IMG/VR virus record: IMGVR_UViG_3300002098_000055
Span: 1-47,566 of that record
Reading direction: 5' to 3' (one strand)
DNA from: a virus
Length of the DNA: 47,566 nucleotides
Under the pieces are notes generated by a model. The model saw only the letters and a program-made list of their open reading frames with translations. It was not told where the DNA came from and ran no database searches. Shown one piece after another: positions 16,134 through 23,701 of the stretch (the stretch's first letter is position 1; each line of letters starts with the position of its first letter). The position numbers were made by a program, and so were the translations under genes.

Positions 16134-16162
16134 GGATGCGTATTAACTATGGATGATTAAAA

Positions 16163-16243
16163 ATGATTGAGGAAATAATAACAGGAACGCTGTGTTTATT
16201 ATGCACGGTCGTAATGCTTTGGTTGTTTTGGGGGTTGATGTGA
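16163..16243 (+). CDS. 26-aa hydrophobic Cys-rich micropeptide (MIEEIITGTLCLLCTVVMLWLFWGLM)
   Basis: Manual translation. It is the first ORF after P2 and ends in ATGTGA. It is below the ORF-track size cutoff. Confidence 0.35.
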   Translation: MIEEIITGTLCLLCTVVMLWLFWGLM

Positions 16244-16431
16244 ATAGAATTACCGTAACGTTGTCTAAAACTATAGCTGCAATAGACGCTTCTATTATTG
16301 TTTTGCGACGTGAGCAAATAAACATTGCTAAAATTATCGCAGAAGAGATGGGATTACCTGAAGATAAGTTCTTAGCGGTTGTTAAAGAAAGTTCGATTGC
16401 AATACTTAAAAATAACGGGCTGGAGTATTAA
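16192..16431 (+). CDS. Hypothetical early protein (start uncertain; possible GTG at 16240)
   Basis: Taken from the ORF track. Its stop is immediately followed by the next ATG. Confidence 0.5.
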   Translation: MFIMHGRNALVVLGVDVNRITVTLSKTIAAIDASIIVLRREQINIAKIIAEEMGLPEDKFLAVVKESSIAILKNNGLEY

Positions 16432-16629
16432 ATGAGTACTACAGAGGATTTTGGCCACGTTGAAATACTGCAACCGAAATATAAATACCATCAGTTGCCA
16501 AAAATAGCAGATTGCAAACACAGCTGGATAGAACTCGTTACGGTATCGTATAGCCAAACTTTAGCGCTAGTGGGCTGCGATATTTGCGGAGTAACTGAGC
16601 TGGTAATACGGGAGACGGTTTATGATTGA
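16432..16629 (+). CDS. Hypothetical early protein (65 aa; C..H..C.IC cluster)
   Basis: Tight coupling to both neighbours. Confidence 0.55.
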   Translation: MSTTEDFGHVEILQPKYKYHQLPKIADCKHSWIELVTVSYSQTLALVGCDICGVTELVIRETVYD

Positions 16630-17158
16630 CTATGAAAAACTAAAAGAAGTTGATGCGTATGCTAGAAAATTGAACCATAAATATCGAGATATTCGCATAG
16701 ATTATCACTTTAGGCTTGGTTGCAGTGGGGCGTCCTATGACTATTGCAACATGACTAATGACGATTTTGAAGGTAATACCGATACTTTTGAATTTGACTC
16801 AGTAGACGATTTAATCACAAAGTTAGAAGAGCTAACCGATTCTGAGTCAAAATATAAAAAAGCGTGGTACTTAGGCCAAGACAATTCACCAAGATGGACC
16901 TATGTACACAACAAACCTTGCTATCAATTTTGTGATGTAAGCGACATCGAAGCATTGGGGAGGACTATGTACGACTCCGAGGCCTATTTGATACAGGCAC
17001 AGATAGCTTATTGGTTGAGCTTGCGAAAACCCACGCCACTTTGCGCACCGTCTACCGAAGAATGCAAGCACGAAAGCGATGGCGCTGCAACCGCTTTACT
17101 ATGCAACCCACCAATTTACCAGTACAAATGCAAGAAATGCGGAGAGTTTTACAGATGA
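16622..17158 (+). CDS. Hypothetical early protein (178 aa) with C-terminal CKKCG zinc-ribbon-like motif
   Basis: It is the longest ORF in this block and overlaps both neighbours in operon style. Confidence 0.65.
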   Translation: MIDYEKLKEVDAYARKLNHKYRDIRIDYHFRLGCSGASYDYCNMTNDDFEGNTDTFEFDSVDDLITKLEELTDSESKYKKAWYLGQDNSPRWTYVHNKPCYQFCDVSDIEALGRTMYDSEAYLIQAQIAYWLSLRKPTPLCAPSTEECKHESDGAATALLCNPPIYQYKCKKCGEFYR

Positions 17159-17340
17159 TCTCATTTAAAGATAAAGCTTTCTGCGCCAGCCCCAATTGCG
17201 TCAACGAATGCGGCAGAAAGCTAACGCCAGAACTCATGCGCGAGTATGAGCGGTTAAATATGCCTGATGAATGGGATGGAATGCTGGGCATAGCGTATGG
17301 GTATTTTTGTAATGAGCCGGAGGGTGAGGATGAGCGATGA
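17155..17340 (+). CDS. Hypothetical Cys-rich early protein (61 aa)
   Basis: ATG at 17155 overlaps the upstream TGA as ATGA. The ORF-track start at 17011 lies inside the previous gene. Confidence 0.5.
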   Translation: MISFKDKAFCASPNCVNECGRKLTPELMREYERLNMPDEWDGMLGIAYGYFCNEPEGEDER

Positions 17341-17416
17341 CGCAATAGGCACAATCTGCCAGGCTGTAATGTTTTGCACGTGCGTGATTTGTTTTACTGT
17401 GTGGCTAGTGATGTGA
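17330..17416 (+). CDS. 28-aa hydrophobic Cys-rich micropeptide (MSDDAIGTICQAVMFCTCVICFTVWLVM)
   Basis: Manual translation. It overlaps the upstream stop and ends in ATGTGA just before the next RBS. It resembles the peptide at 16163. Confidence 0.35.
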   Translation: MSDDAIGTICQAVMFCTCVICFTVWLVM

Positions 17417-17420
17417 GGGG

Positions 17421-17606
17421 ATGATGATTAAACGCATTATGTGCCTATTGCTAGGCCACAAATACGATTGCAGATGGCATAATTTTATGACTTATCATCT
17501 GAGTGCAGATGAAATTCATGTGTGCGTGGTTCGATGTACTCGATGCTTTGGCGAGCTTGAGCATTACCTGCATTATTCTGAAAATTGTGGAAAAAGAAAT
17601 GACTAA
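17421..17606 (+). CDS. Small Cys/His-rich early protein (61 aa; LGHKY ... C.RC motif)
   Basis: A GAGGGG RBS precedes it. The LGHK(W/Y)...CxRCG pattern is common in small phage zinc-ribbon proteins. Confidence 0.55.
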   Translation: MMIKRIMCLLLGHKYDCRWHNFMTYHLSADEIHVCVVRCTRCFGELEHYLHYSENCGKRND

Positions 17607-17793
17607 CAAGATAATTAAGTTTCCAGAATCACTAGACCAAGCTTTTAAACGCATAGACCGCGAGTGTGACTATCGAAAAGCACAGAATGCGTTTGAAACA
17701 AAAAGAGTTCAATGGTTTGCGTATGGTTATTTTTGTGGAATAGGGGTAACGGCTATTGTTTTTGCGTGTACATATTGGTTTTGGGGTAAATGA
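17599..17793 (+). CDS. Hypothetical protein with C-terminal transmembrane helix (64 aa)
   Basis: The internal ATG at 17599 overlaps the upstream gene by only 8 nt. The C-terminus is FAYGYFCGIGVTAIVFACTYWFWG. Confidence 0.5.
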   Translation: MTNKIIKFPESLDQAFKRIDRECDYRKAQNAFETKRVQWFAYGYFCGIGVTAIVFACTYWFWGK

Positions 17794-18014
17794 TGAATAA
17801 TTTCACGAAGAAAGAGTTAAAAAAACAACATGAGAAAAACGGTGAGTGCAAAAGCTGTGGGTGGCACGCATTTTTTTATGAAATGGATTATATGCTGACT
17901 GGAGAAATTGTAAACGATTTAAATGAGTGGTGGGGTTTCTGTAAAAGTGATAATTATACGGATGTTTCAGACCATCGAGGTTGCTTTGTTTATACAAGGG
18001 TAAATGATGAATGA
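17790..18014 (+). CDS. Hypothetical early protein (74 aa, MMNNFTKKEL...)
   Basis: ATGATGAAT start cassette with an ATGA overlap. Confidence 0.55.
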   Translation: MMNNFTKKELKKQHEKNGECKSCGWHAFFYEMDYMLTGEIVNDLNEWWGFCKSDNYTDVSDHRGCFVYTRVNDE

Positions 18015-18204
18015 TTTAAAGGATATTAAAATGGAAATAAAAATTACATATGAAAAAACGAATATTACTTGTGGGTTTGTAATAAAATTAATTTTATCTG
18101 AAGAAAATATTAATCTTGTTCCACTTGTAGACAAAGAAAATTTTTGCAAAGAATTAGATTACATATGTAAAAGTTTTGTAAGTAAGCATACGTTGGATTT
18201 ATGA
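18004..18204 (+). CDS. Hypothetical early protein (66 aa, MMNDL...)
   Basis: ATGATGAAT start cassette. Confidence 0.5.
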   Translation: MMNDLKDIKMEIKITYEKTNITCGFVIKLILSEENINLVPLVDKENFCKELDYICKSFVSKHTLDL

Positions 18205-18431
18205 TGAATGAGTTCACAAAAGAAGAGTTATATGACTTGCAAAGCTGGGGTGACGCATACACAAGTTATGACGTAGAAAGTGATGTGTACGCAATGCACG
18301 CCCCGTTGCTTAATAAAATCCAATCCCTAATTGACAACTATTGCGAGCACAAATGGATTCCGCACCGTATCGAAGATGTTATCCTTTACTGGTGCATTAA
18401 ATGCAATGCGTCCCCAAGGACTACGATATGA
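18201..18431 (+). CDS. Hypothetical early protein (76 aa, MMNEFTKEEL...)
   Basis: ATGATGAAT start cassette. The N-terminus parallels that of 17790. Confidence 0.55.
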   Translation: MMNEFTKEELYDLQSWGDAYTSYDVESDVYAMHAPLLNKIQSLIDNYCEHKWIPHRIEDVILYWCIKCNASPRTTI

Positions 18432-18586
18432 TTATAAGCGAGAAGCAAATAATGCTGTTAATTAATTACGTTAAAGACGCCAGCAAACACACGTGTTTTA
18501 ATCACACAGACTTTCAAAAGTCAATGTGTGATCTATTAAACGAAGTATACGACCAACAATCTGACGAATTAAAAAATGTGGATTGA
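18428..18586 (+). CDS. Hypothetical early protein (52 aa)
   Basis: ATGA overlap with the upstream stop. Confidence 0.45.
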   Translation: MIISEKQIMLLINYVKDASKHTCFNHTDFQKSMCDLLNEVYDQQSDELKNVD

Positions 18587-18764
18587 CATATTCCATTGTG
18601 GCTATGACGATGTGCCGACGTGGGCGCGATGTGACCGCATACAGTACGCCGCTTATCATGCCGTAGTTAAAACCTCCGACGGTCATGTAAAAGCGGAAAA
18701 AGGCGATTATATTGTGCGTCATAAAAACGGGGAGTTTGAGGTCTATAAGGGTCGGGTAAAGTAG
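18576..18764 (+). CDS. Hypothetical early protein (62 aa)
   Basis: Taken from the ORF track. It is the last gene of the P2 operon. Confidence 0.5.
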   Translation: MWIDIFHCGYDDVPTWARCDRIQYAAYHAVVKTSDGHVKAEKGDYIVRHKNGEFEVYKGRVK

Positions 18765-18955
18765 CACCCCTCCGATTTGAGTATGCAAAGCAGAGACTTA
18801 GAGGGGTTTGTTAAATACAGTATAATACCGCTAGGGTAAAATAACAACACGTTGGCCCCCACGTACACACATACGCCTGATAACCTACGCGGGGCTTGCG
18901 TTGCGCATTAAAAACTTACCCCCAAAACCTGTTAATAACTCTGTTAGTAACCTTG

Positions 18956-18984
18956 TTGACTCTATAGTCAATAACACATATAAT
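18956..18984 (+). promoter_or_regulatory. Early promoter P3 with operator palindrome TTGACTCTATAGTCAA
   Basis: TTGACT-17 nt-TATAAT (18979-18984). The palindrome is at 18956-18971. Confidence 0.7.
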
Positions 18985-19015
18985 ACTATTTTTACCAACA
19001 AAACTAAGGACAACA

Positions 19016-19864
19016 ATGAGTACAAGAATTGATTTGCTAACCCCAGTGGGCCGCTTGGTGCAAGGTAGCCTATACTCTGGCGCTACTACTGACGCGGAGA
19101 ACCGACCGCTTGTTTATAAGACTGGACCGAACCAAGGCCAACCGCGTGTAAATTTCTGGTTTAGCCTCGCTGTGCCTAAAGGTACAGAATCACACTGGAA
19201 CCAAACGGACTGGGGCAAAAAAATCTATGACGTTGGTCATGCAGGGTTTCCCCAAGGTCAAGCCAATAGCCCGCACTTTGCGTGGAAGATAATCGACGGT
19301 GATTCTAACATACCAAACACGCAAGGTAATAAACCCTGTGATAACGAAGGTTTTCCGAGCAACTGGATATTGAAGTTTTCCGGTTCGTTTGCGCCCTCAC
19401 TGTATAACGAAAACGGCACGCTTCCACTCACAGAACCGAACGCTATACAGTTAGGTGATTACATACAGGTTTATGGGTACGTTGAAGATAATAAATCCAC
19501 GCAGCAACCGGGCGTGTATTTAAACCATAGTATGATTGCACGCGCCGGATACGGTACGCGTATCATCGCAGGCGCTGACCCGAAATCTGTAGGCTTTGGC
19601 GCGGCGCCACTGCCCGCTGGTGCGAGTGCCACCCCGATAGCTGCGTTTACCCCGCCGGTTACGCAGGGCGTGCTTGCCACCCCCGCGCCCGCTGTGCCAC
19701 CTGTTGCCGCCGTGCCACCAGCTTACCCGCAAATACTAACGCCTCCCGCTCCTGTTGCTGGTCCTGTAATGACAGATAAAGCGCAAGGTGCATCATACGA
19801 GGCGTTAATCGCTGCTGGCTGGACTGACGATTTATTGGTGCAACAAGGCATGATGATTAAGTAA
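19016..19864 (+). CDS. DUF2815-like single-stranded DNA-binding protein
   Basis: It sits in the DUF2800 / DUF2815 / PolA arrangement. It has a Pro/Ala-rich linker and a short C-terminal tail. The call rests on family resemblance by eye. Confidence 0.55.
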   Translation: MSTRIDLLTPVGRLVQGSLYSGATTDAENRPLVYKTGPNQGQPRVNFWFSLAVPKGTESHWNQTDWGKKIYDVGHAGFPQGQANSPHFAWKIIDGDSNIPNTQGNKPCDNEGFPSNWILKFSGSFAPSLYNENGTLPLTEPNAIQLGDYIQVYGYVEDNKSTQQPGVYLNHSMIARAGYGTRIIAGADPKSVGFGAAPLPAGASATPIAAFTPPVTQGVLATPAPAVPPVAAVPPAYPQILTPPAPVAGPVMTDKAQGASYEALIAAGWTDDLLVQQGMMIK

Positions 19865-19872
19865 CACTGGCT

Positions 19873-19890
19873 GCCCCTTCGGGGGCTTTA
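19873..19890 (+). terminator. Rho-independent terminator-like hairpin GCCCC-TTCG-GGGGC followed by TTT
   Basis: A 5-bp GC stem with a TTCG tetraloop sits right after the stop at 19864. Confidence 0.5.
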
Positions 19891-19900
19891 AGGATTTAAA

Positions 19901-20158
19901 ATGCAAGTAGGCGTAACGTATAAAGCATCGGTTGACGAAGTCACCGGAGAAACTCAAACCGTAATGGTTTTACCCGACCAAAAGCTATTGGACTTCTTTT
20001 CTCAAAAACAAAAGTTTGATAGGGAGTGGGTACTTAACGACCCTAAGTTATCGGACGAATATAAAAGAGCATATGTGGCCGCTAATTGTGACGCGGTTTC
20101 TAATTTATTTGGACTCCTTATCCCATCATTGAGCATAAAGGATTTAAAATGCAAGTAG
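19901..20158 (+). CDS. Hypothetical protein (85 aa, MQVG...)
   Basis: An AAGGA RBS precedes it. It shares a 24-nt start cassette with the next gene. Confidence 0.6.
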   Translation: MQVGVTYKASVDEVTGETQTVMVLPDQKLLDFFSQKQKFDREWVLNDPKLSDEYKRAYVAANCDAVSNLFGLLIPSLSIKDLKCK

Positions 20159-20292
20159 GCGACAACGTAATCTATAAAGACCAAAAAGCCGAAATTAAAG
20201 AAATTAAGTGGGGCCTGTACTGCATTAGATTTATAGCCACACGTAAACATATATGGGTTACTGCTGACGCGCTTAAACGCAAGGATTTTTAA
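20149..20292 (+). CDS. Hypothetical protein (47 aa, MQVGDNVIYKDQKAEIKEIKW...)
   Basis: Manual translation, below the ORF-track cutoff. The RBS and first codons are identical to those of 19901. It ends 1 nt before the polymerase ATG. Confidence 0.45.
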   Translation: MQVGDNVIYKDQKAEIKEIKWGLYCIRFIATRKHIWVTADALKRKDF

Positions 20293-20293
20293 G

Positions 20294-22465
20294 ATGGAGT
20301 TAGACTTCGAGACCTACAGCGAAGCGGGGTTTATTTGGGACGAAAAGACACAGAAATACAAAGCACCCCCGAACGCTACACGCAAGGGCCTCCCCGTAAT
20401 CGGTGCCGCTGTGTACTCAGAGCACCCCAGCACCGAAGTTTTATCCTGTGCCTATGACCTCGGCGACGGCATTAAAAAACTGTGGAAACCGGGCGATTTA
20501 CCTCCTATAGATTTATTTCAGTATCTTGCAAACGGGGGGTTGTTCGAGGCGTGGAACGTTAAATTCGAACGTTGGATTTGGATAAACGTTTGCATGAAAA
20601 AATACGGATGGCCTGCTGTACACGAATCACAGTGGCGAGATGCGGCGGCTAAAGCTGTAGCGCACGCACTCCCTCGCTCGCTAGACCCATGCGGTACTGT
20701 CATGGACATTGCGAATAAAAAAGACAAAGACGGCATGAGGCTATTAAATAAATTCTCGATGCCACGAAATCCAACACGCGCTAATTCTAGCCGACGCATA
20801 CGACCCGAGGACGACCACGAGGACGCAGAGCGGCTATATAGCTATAACATCCGGGACATTGAGGCAGAAGCCGAACTGTCAGGACTAATACCCGATTTAA
20901 TACCTTCAGAACTTGAGTTCTGGCAGTGTGATTTAGCTATTAACGCACGGGGTATACGTGTTGATGTACCTGCTATTAAAGCGGCGATTGCTGTTGTCGA
21001 GCAGGCACACAGTAAATATAACGCACGTCTGCAAGAGTTGACAGGTCACACTGTTACTAGGGCTTCAGAGCTTGCAAAAATCAGGACGTGGTTAGAGTCA
21101 CAAGGCGTATCTGTGCCCGTATTAGATAGCGACGAGGTCACTAGACTGTTAGGCACAGATTACATAAGCGCCGAGGTACGCGAGGTTTTAGAGATACGAG
21201 AGCTACTATCTTCAGCCGCTGTTAAAAAACTATATGCAATGATTAATATGACTACCAGCGCCGGGAGGCTACATGACCTATTTATTTATCACTCTGCTAG
21301 GACTGGGCGTGCTGCGGGCGCGGGGGTACAACCTCAAAACCTTCCGAATTCGGGACCCGCGGTACAGCGGTGCGTGTGTGGCTATTATTCCCCCGTGTCA
21401 TCGATAGCATGTGTGTATTGTAACAATCCGTTCGCGCTCTCGGAAGCAGAGTGGAACACAGAAGCGGTAGACCAAGCGATAGGCACAATATTAACGGGTA
21501 ACCTTGAGTGCGTTGAGTACTACCACGGTGACGCGATAGCCACGGTTTCGGGATGTTTGCGCGGGATGTTCATACCCGACTTGGGAAAAGATTTTATATG
21601 TAGCGATTACTCAGCAATCGAAGCGGTCGTACTTGCGGCACTGGCTGGTGAAGATTGGCGGATGGACGTATTTAATACTCACGGTAAAATCTACGAAGCA
21701 TCCGCAAGCAAGCTCACCGGGAAGCCTATAGAATTCTATCTCGATTATAAAAAGTGTACAGGTCTAAACCACCCTGATAGAAAATTAGGCAAAGTTTTAG
21801 AACTCGCCCTAGGTTACGGGGGCTGGGTGGGGGCGATGAAAGCGTTCGGGGCGGATGCGTTTATGTCCGAAGATGCTATAAAACAGGCGGTATTAGCGTG
21901 GCGTGATGCCTCCCCCGCTATTGTTGAGTTTTGGGGTGGGCAGAAGCGCGGCTGGTTTCCTGATTTTTACGGCCTCGAGGGCTGCGCAGTACAGGCGATA
22001 ATGAACCCGGGCGTCGAGTTTGAATATCGGGGGTTAGTGTGGATAGTCACAAATAACATCCTCCACTGTCGTCTGCCGTCCGGGCGTTGCTTGACGTACC
22101 ACCGACCGCTGTTAAGACCTAGCGAGCGCAAGAACGGAACGTATTCTATAAGTTTTGAGGGGTGGAACAGCAACCCGAAGTATGGCGCTCCCGGGTGGGT
22201 GCGCATGGATACGTATTTTGGTCGCGTCTGCGAAAATGTGGTTCAAGCGGTAGCGAGAGACATCCTAGTGCACGCTATAGTTAATCTCGAACACGCAGGA
22301 TACCCGGTAGTTTTACACGTACACGACGAAATAGTAAGCGAGGTGCCCGAAGGATTCGGAAGTATCGAAGAATTTGAGTGTATTATGTCAACCATGCCCA
22401 CATGGGCAGCCGACTGGCCGTTGAGAGCGTCTGGTGGGTGGAGAGGAAAACGATATGGAAAATAA
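20294..22465 (+). CDS. Family A DNA polymerase with 3'-5' exonuclease domain
   Basis: Exo I is LDFETYSE. Motif A is CSDYSAIEAVVLA, motif B is RKLGKVLELALGYGG and motif C is HVHDEIV. Confidence 0.9.
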   Translation: MELDFETYSEAGFIWDEKTQKYKAPPNATRKGLPVIGAAVYSEHPSTEVLSCAYDLGDGIKKLWKPGDLPPIDLFQYLANGGLFEAWNVKFERWIWINVCMKKYGWPAVHESQWRDAAAKAVAHALPRSLDPCGTVMDIANKKDKDGMRLLNKFSMPRNPTRANSSRRIRPEDDHEDAERLYSYNIRDIEAEAELSGLIPDLIPSELEFWQCDLAINARGIRVDVPAIKAAIAVVEQAHSKYNARLQELTGHTVTRASELAKIRTWLESQGVSVPVLDSDEVTRLLGTDYISAEVREVLEIRELLSSAAVKKLYAMINMTTSAGRLHDLFIYHSARTGRAAGAGVQPQNLPNSGPAVQRCVCGYYSPVSSIACVYCNNPFALSEAEWNTEAVDQAIGTILTGNLECVEYYHGDAIATVSGCLRGMFIPDLGKDFICSDYSAIEAVVLAALAGEDWRMDVFNTHGKIYEASASKLTGKPIEFYLDYKKCTGLNHPDRKLGKVLELALGYGGWVGAMKAFGADAFMSEDAIKQAVLAWRDASPAIVEFWGGQKRGWFPDFYGLEGCAVQAIMNPGVEFEYRGLVWIVTNNILHCRLPSGRCLTYHRPLLRPSERKNGTYSISFEGWNSNPKYGAPGWVRMDTYFGRVCENVVQAVARDILVHAIVNLEHAGYPVVLHVHDEIVSEVPEGFGSIEEFECIMSTMPTWAADWPLRASGGWRGKRYGK

Positions 22466-22616
22466 TGTATTTGAGAGGATTTGCAAGGCGTTGGAAAGTA
22501 TCGCCCAGTCGTTGGGTAACATAGATAAATCAATCCAAGGTCATAACGAACACGGATTGACGACTAATATATCGTTTGAGTTAGATAGCATTAGAGCGGC
22601 AATTGAAAATAAATAG
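22455..22616 (+). CDS. Hypothetical protein (53 aa)
   Basis: The internal ATG overlaps the polymerase stop by only 11 nt. Confidence 0.4.
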   Translation: MENNVFERICKALESIAQSLGNIDKSIQGHNEHGLTTNISFELDSIRAAIENK

Positions 22617-22619
22617 TTG

Positions 22620-22648
22620 TTGACACTACAGTCAATAAGTTATATACT
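22620..22648 (+). promoter_or_regulatory. Early promoter P4 with operator palindrome TTGACACTACAGTCAA
   Basis: TTGACA-17 nt-TATACT (22643-22648). It is part of a 49-nt duplicate of 23376-23424. Confidence 0.7.
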
Positions 22649-22681
22649 CTCTTTATCAACTAAACGAAGAGAGTATATAAA

Positions 22682-22957
22682 ATGAAAAGTAAATGCGGAC
22701 GTTTTGAGTTTTTAGGTGAGATGGGTATATTTGATAGTATGTCTAAAAGATATGTGACTTTAGACGGTCAAATAGTGCAGGTAAAAGGCCAACAAGAAGT
22801 CCAGTTTTCTGAAGCTACTATAAAATTAGTAAATGAATTTATCGCCCAAGTAACACCGTATGCCGAGTCCATAGTAAAAGACAGCAAACAAGACAGGTTA
22901 AAACGCAACTTTCTACATGAGTTTAATAAAACGTTAAACGAAGGATACCATGACTAG
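22682..22957 (+). CDS. Hypothetical protein (91 aa)
   Basis: First gene after P4. Confidence 0.6.
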   Translation: MKSKCGRFEFLGEMGIFDSMSKRYVTLDGQIVQVKGQQEVQFSEATIKLVNEFIAQVTPYAESIVKDSKQDRLKRNFLHEFNKTLNEGYHD

Positions 22958-23144
22958 CATACACGAAGGCGAGACAGTATTCGAAGTAAAGTTTCAAATA
23001 AAAACTACAAAATTTTTAGGGCGGCAATCGGGATTTATGGCTAAACAGGCACACATAGAACAGTTCAACCCCACTCGTGTGTATAAAACGAAGAATGAGG
23101 CCATAGACGCCGCGGTTGATAGCATCTTAAAACTAAAGGACTAA
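22950..23144 (+). CDS. Hypothetical protein (64 aa)
   Basis: Operon-style overlap with its neighbour. Confidence 0.55.
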   Translation: MTSIHEGETVFEVKFQIKTTKFLGRQSGFMAKQAHIEQFNPTRVYKTKNEAIDAAVDSILKLKD

Positions 23145-23145
23145 A

Positions 23146-23370
23146 ATGACGCTACACGAAGAAATGCACGAATTAATAGGGAAGCATTTTAGAAATAAAA
23201 CAACGGACGTTATTGGCGTACTGCATGTTCTTACGACTCACATAACCCGGATTATCCAGTACCTCCCGCAGCCACTAGACACAAAAATAGCTATCGCAGA
23301 AGAGGTACTGGCTACAATAACAGACGAAATTATAAAAGACCCTAACCCACTGGCAAAGAGGATGAATTAA
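23146..23370 (+). CDS. Hypothetical protein (74 aa)
   Basis: It starts 1 nt after the upstream stop. Confidence 0.55.
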   Translation: MTLHEEMHELIGKHFRNKTTDVIGVLHVLTTHITRIIQYLPQPLDTKIAIAEEVLATITDEIIKDPNPLAKRMN

Positions 23371-23378
23371 TAATATTG

Positions 23379-23407
23379 TTGACACTACCGTCAATAAGTT
23401 ATATACT
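23379..23407 (+). promoter_or_regulatory. Early promoter P5 with operator TTGACACTACCGTCAA
   Basis: TTGACA-17 nt-TATACT (23402-23407). Confidence 0.65.
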
Positions 23408-23439
23408 CTCTTTATCAACTAAACAAACAGGATACGGTA

Positions 23440-23610
23440 ATGACAGAAGAACAATATTTAAAAGAAGCGCAAGTACTAGCCGATGCTTTTAGCCAAATAA
23501 CCGGAACCGAATCGATTTATGGCGTACTGGATAAAATGACAACGGGTAACCTTAGGTGCATTTATAATATCGCAAATGAAATACTACAAGAAAGAGGATG
23601 GGAAAAATGA
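23440..23610 (+). CDS. Hypothetical protein (56 aa, MTEEQYLKEAQVLADAF...)
   Basis: Manual translation. It is the first ORF after P5 and is below the ORF-track cutoff. Confidence 0.5.
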   Translation: MTEEQYLKEAQVLADAFSQITGTESIYGVLDKMTTGNLRCIYNIANEILQERGWEK

Positions 23611-23699
23611 CAACGTGGAAAATAGCAAAAGGCGTGTTCTTCGGGCAGTTAATGTTTACTGTGACTATAGCGTTATTTTACTTTTTCAGGATGTTTTAA
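23607..23699 (+). CDS. 30-aa hydrophobic micropeptide (MTTWKIAKGVFFGQLMFTVTIALFYFFRMF)
   Basis: Manual translation, with an ATGA overlap on the upstream stop. Confidence 0.3.
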   Translation: MTTWKIAKGVFFGQLMFTVTIALFYFFRMF

Positions 23700-23701
23700 A
23701 A

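Noticed and set aside
17011-17354. 109-aa ORF 17011-17340 and the minus-strand ORF 17052-17354
   Set aside because: The first 48 codons of the former overlap the 178-aa gene, and the ATGA-coupled start at 17155 is preferred. The latter is antisense within a plus-strand operon.
18765-19015. tRNA or small RNA gene in the 250-nt gap before the SSB-like gene
   Set aside because: I could find no T-loop (GTTCNANNC) or cloverleaf-compatible arms. The 7-bp stem at 18766-18807 has a 28-nt loop and no U-tract. The gap is adequately explained by promoter P3.
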